A DNA stretch of 62,708 nucleotides, filler included. It is 4 parts of 4 records of this genome, joined end to end, with 100 filler letters (N's around TTAATTAATTAA, not from the genome) between each part and the next. Parts side by side here need not be neighbours in the genome. Positions count along the whole stretch, not along the records: positions 49,618 to 62,708 come from SRR20825006_1076; 3 more parts are not named here. The stretch is one strand, 5' to 3'. Positions 62,683 to 62,708 of the stretch are shown one piece after another. The translations under genes were made by a program, and so were the position numbers. The number at the start of each line of letters is the position of its first letter. Within the stretch, counting starts at the first letter, position 1. The notes under the pieces are model-generated. The model was given only the letters and a program-made list of their open reading frames with translations. It searched no databases and was not told the DNA's origin.

Positions 62683-62708
62683 AGCGGGACTCTCAATAAA
62701 CTGCACGT

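Overview
This window is an artificial concatenation of four contigs, joined by three identical 100-nt spacers (44 N + TTAATTAATTAA + 44 N) at 17212-17311, 32773-32872 and 49518-49617. Segment 1 (1-17211) is a Rhizobiaceae-like alphaproteobacterial core region: pgk end, MFS transporter, rcdA with two CtrA boxes and a candidate sRNA, rpmE, ABC exporter, alpha-glucosidase, Pho-box-preceded agt-like glycosyltransferase, der, sbmA/bacA, map, bdhA and xdhA start. Segment 2 (17312-32772) is GC-rich Myxococcota/Bradymonadales-like DNA. It carries an operon of imelysin, di-heme protein, second imelysin and a vitamin K-dependent carboxylase-like (HTTM) protein behind two Fur-like boxes, a TonB-dependent receptor with two His-motif lipoproteins, and a MenA-like prenyltransferase. 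Segment 3 (32873-49517) is a gammaproteobacterial, Alcanivorax-like region: liuRAB with a LiuR operator, MMPL transporter, hybrid kinase, rraA, mdh, phasin-like gene, carboxylesterase, bolA and trhO. Segment 4 (49618-62708) is again Myxococcota/Bradymonadales-like, with a low-GC orphan, a four-repeat secreted protein, tandem Cys-rich LamG-like lipoproteins and a TPR/FadL/lipoprotein cluster. I saw no rRNA, tRNA, CRISPR array or transposase. The best candidate for an undescribed system is the iron-regulated imelysin/di-heme operon ending in a gamma-carboxylase homologue. Taxonomic and family calls rest on my recognition of motifs and gene order, not on database searches.
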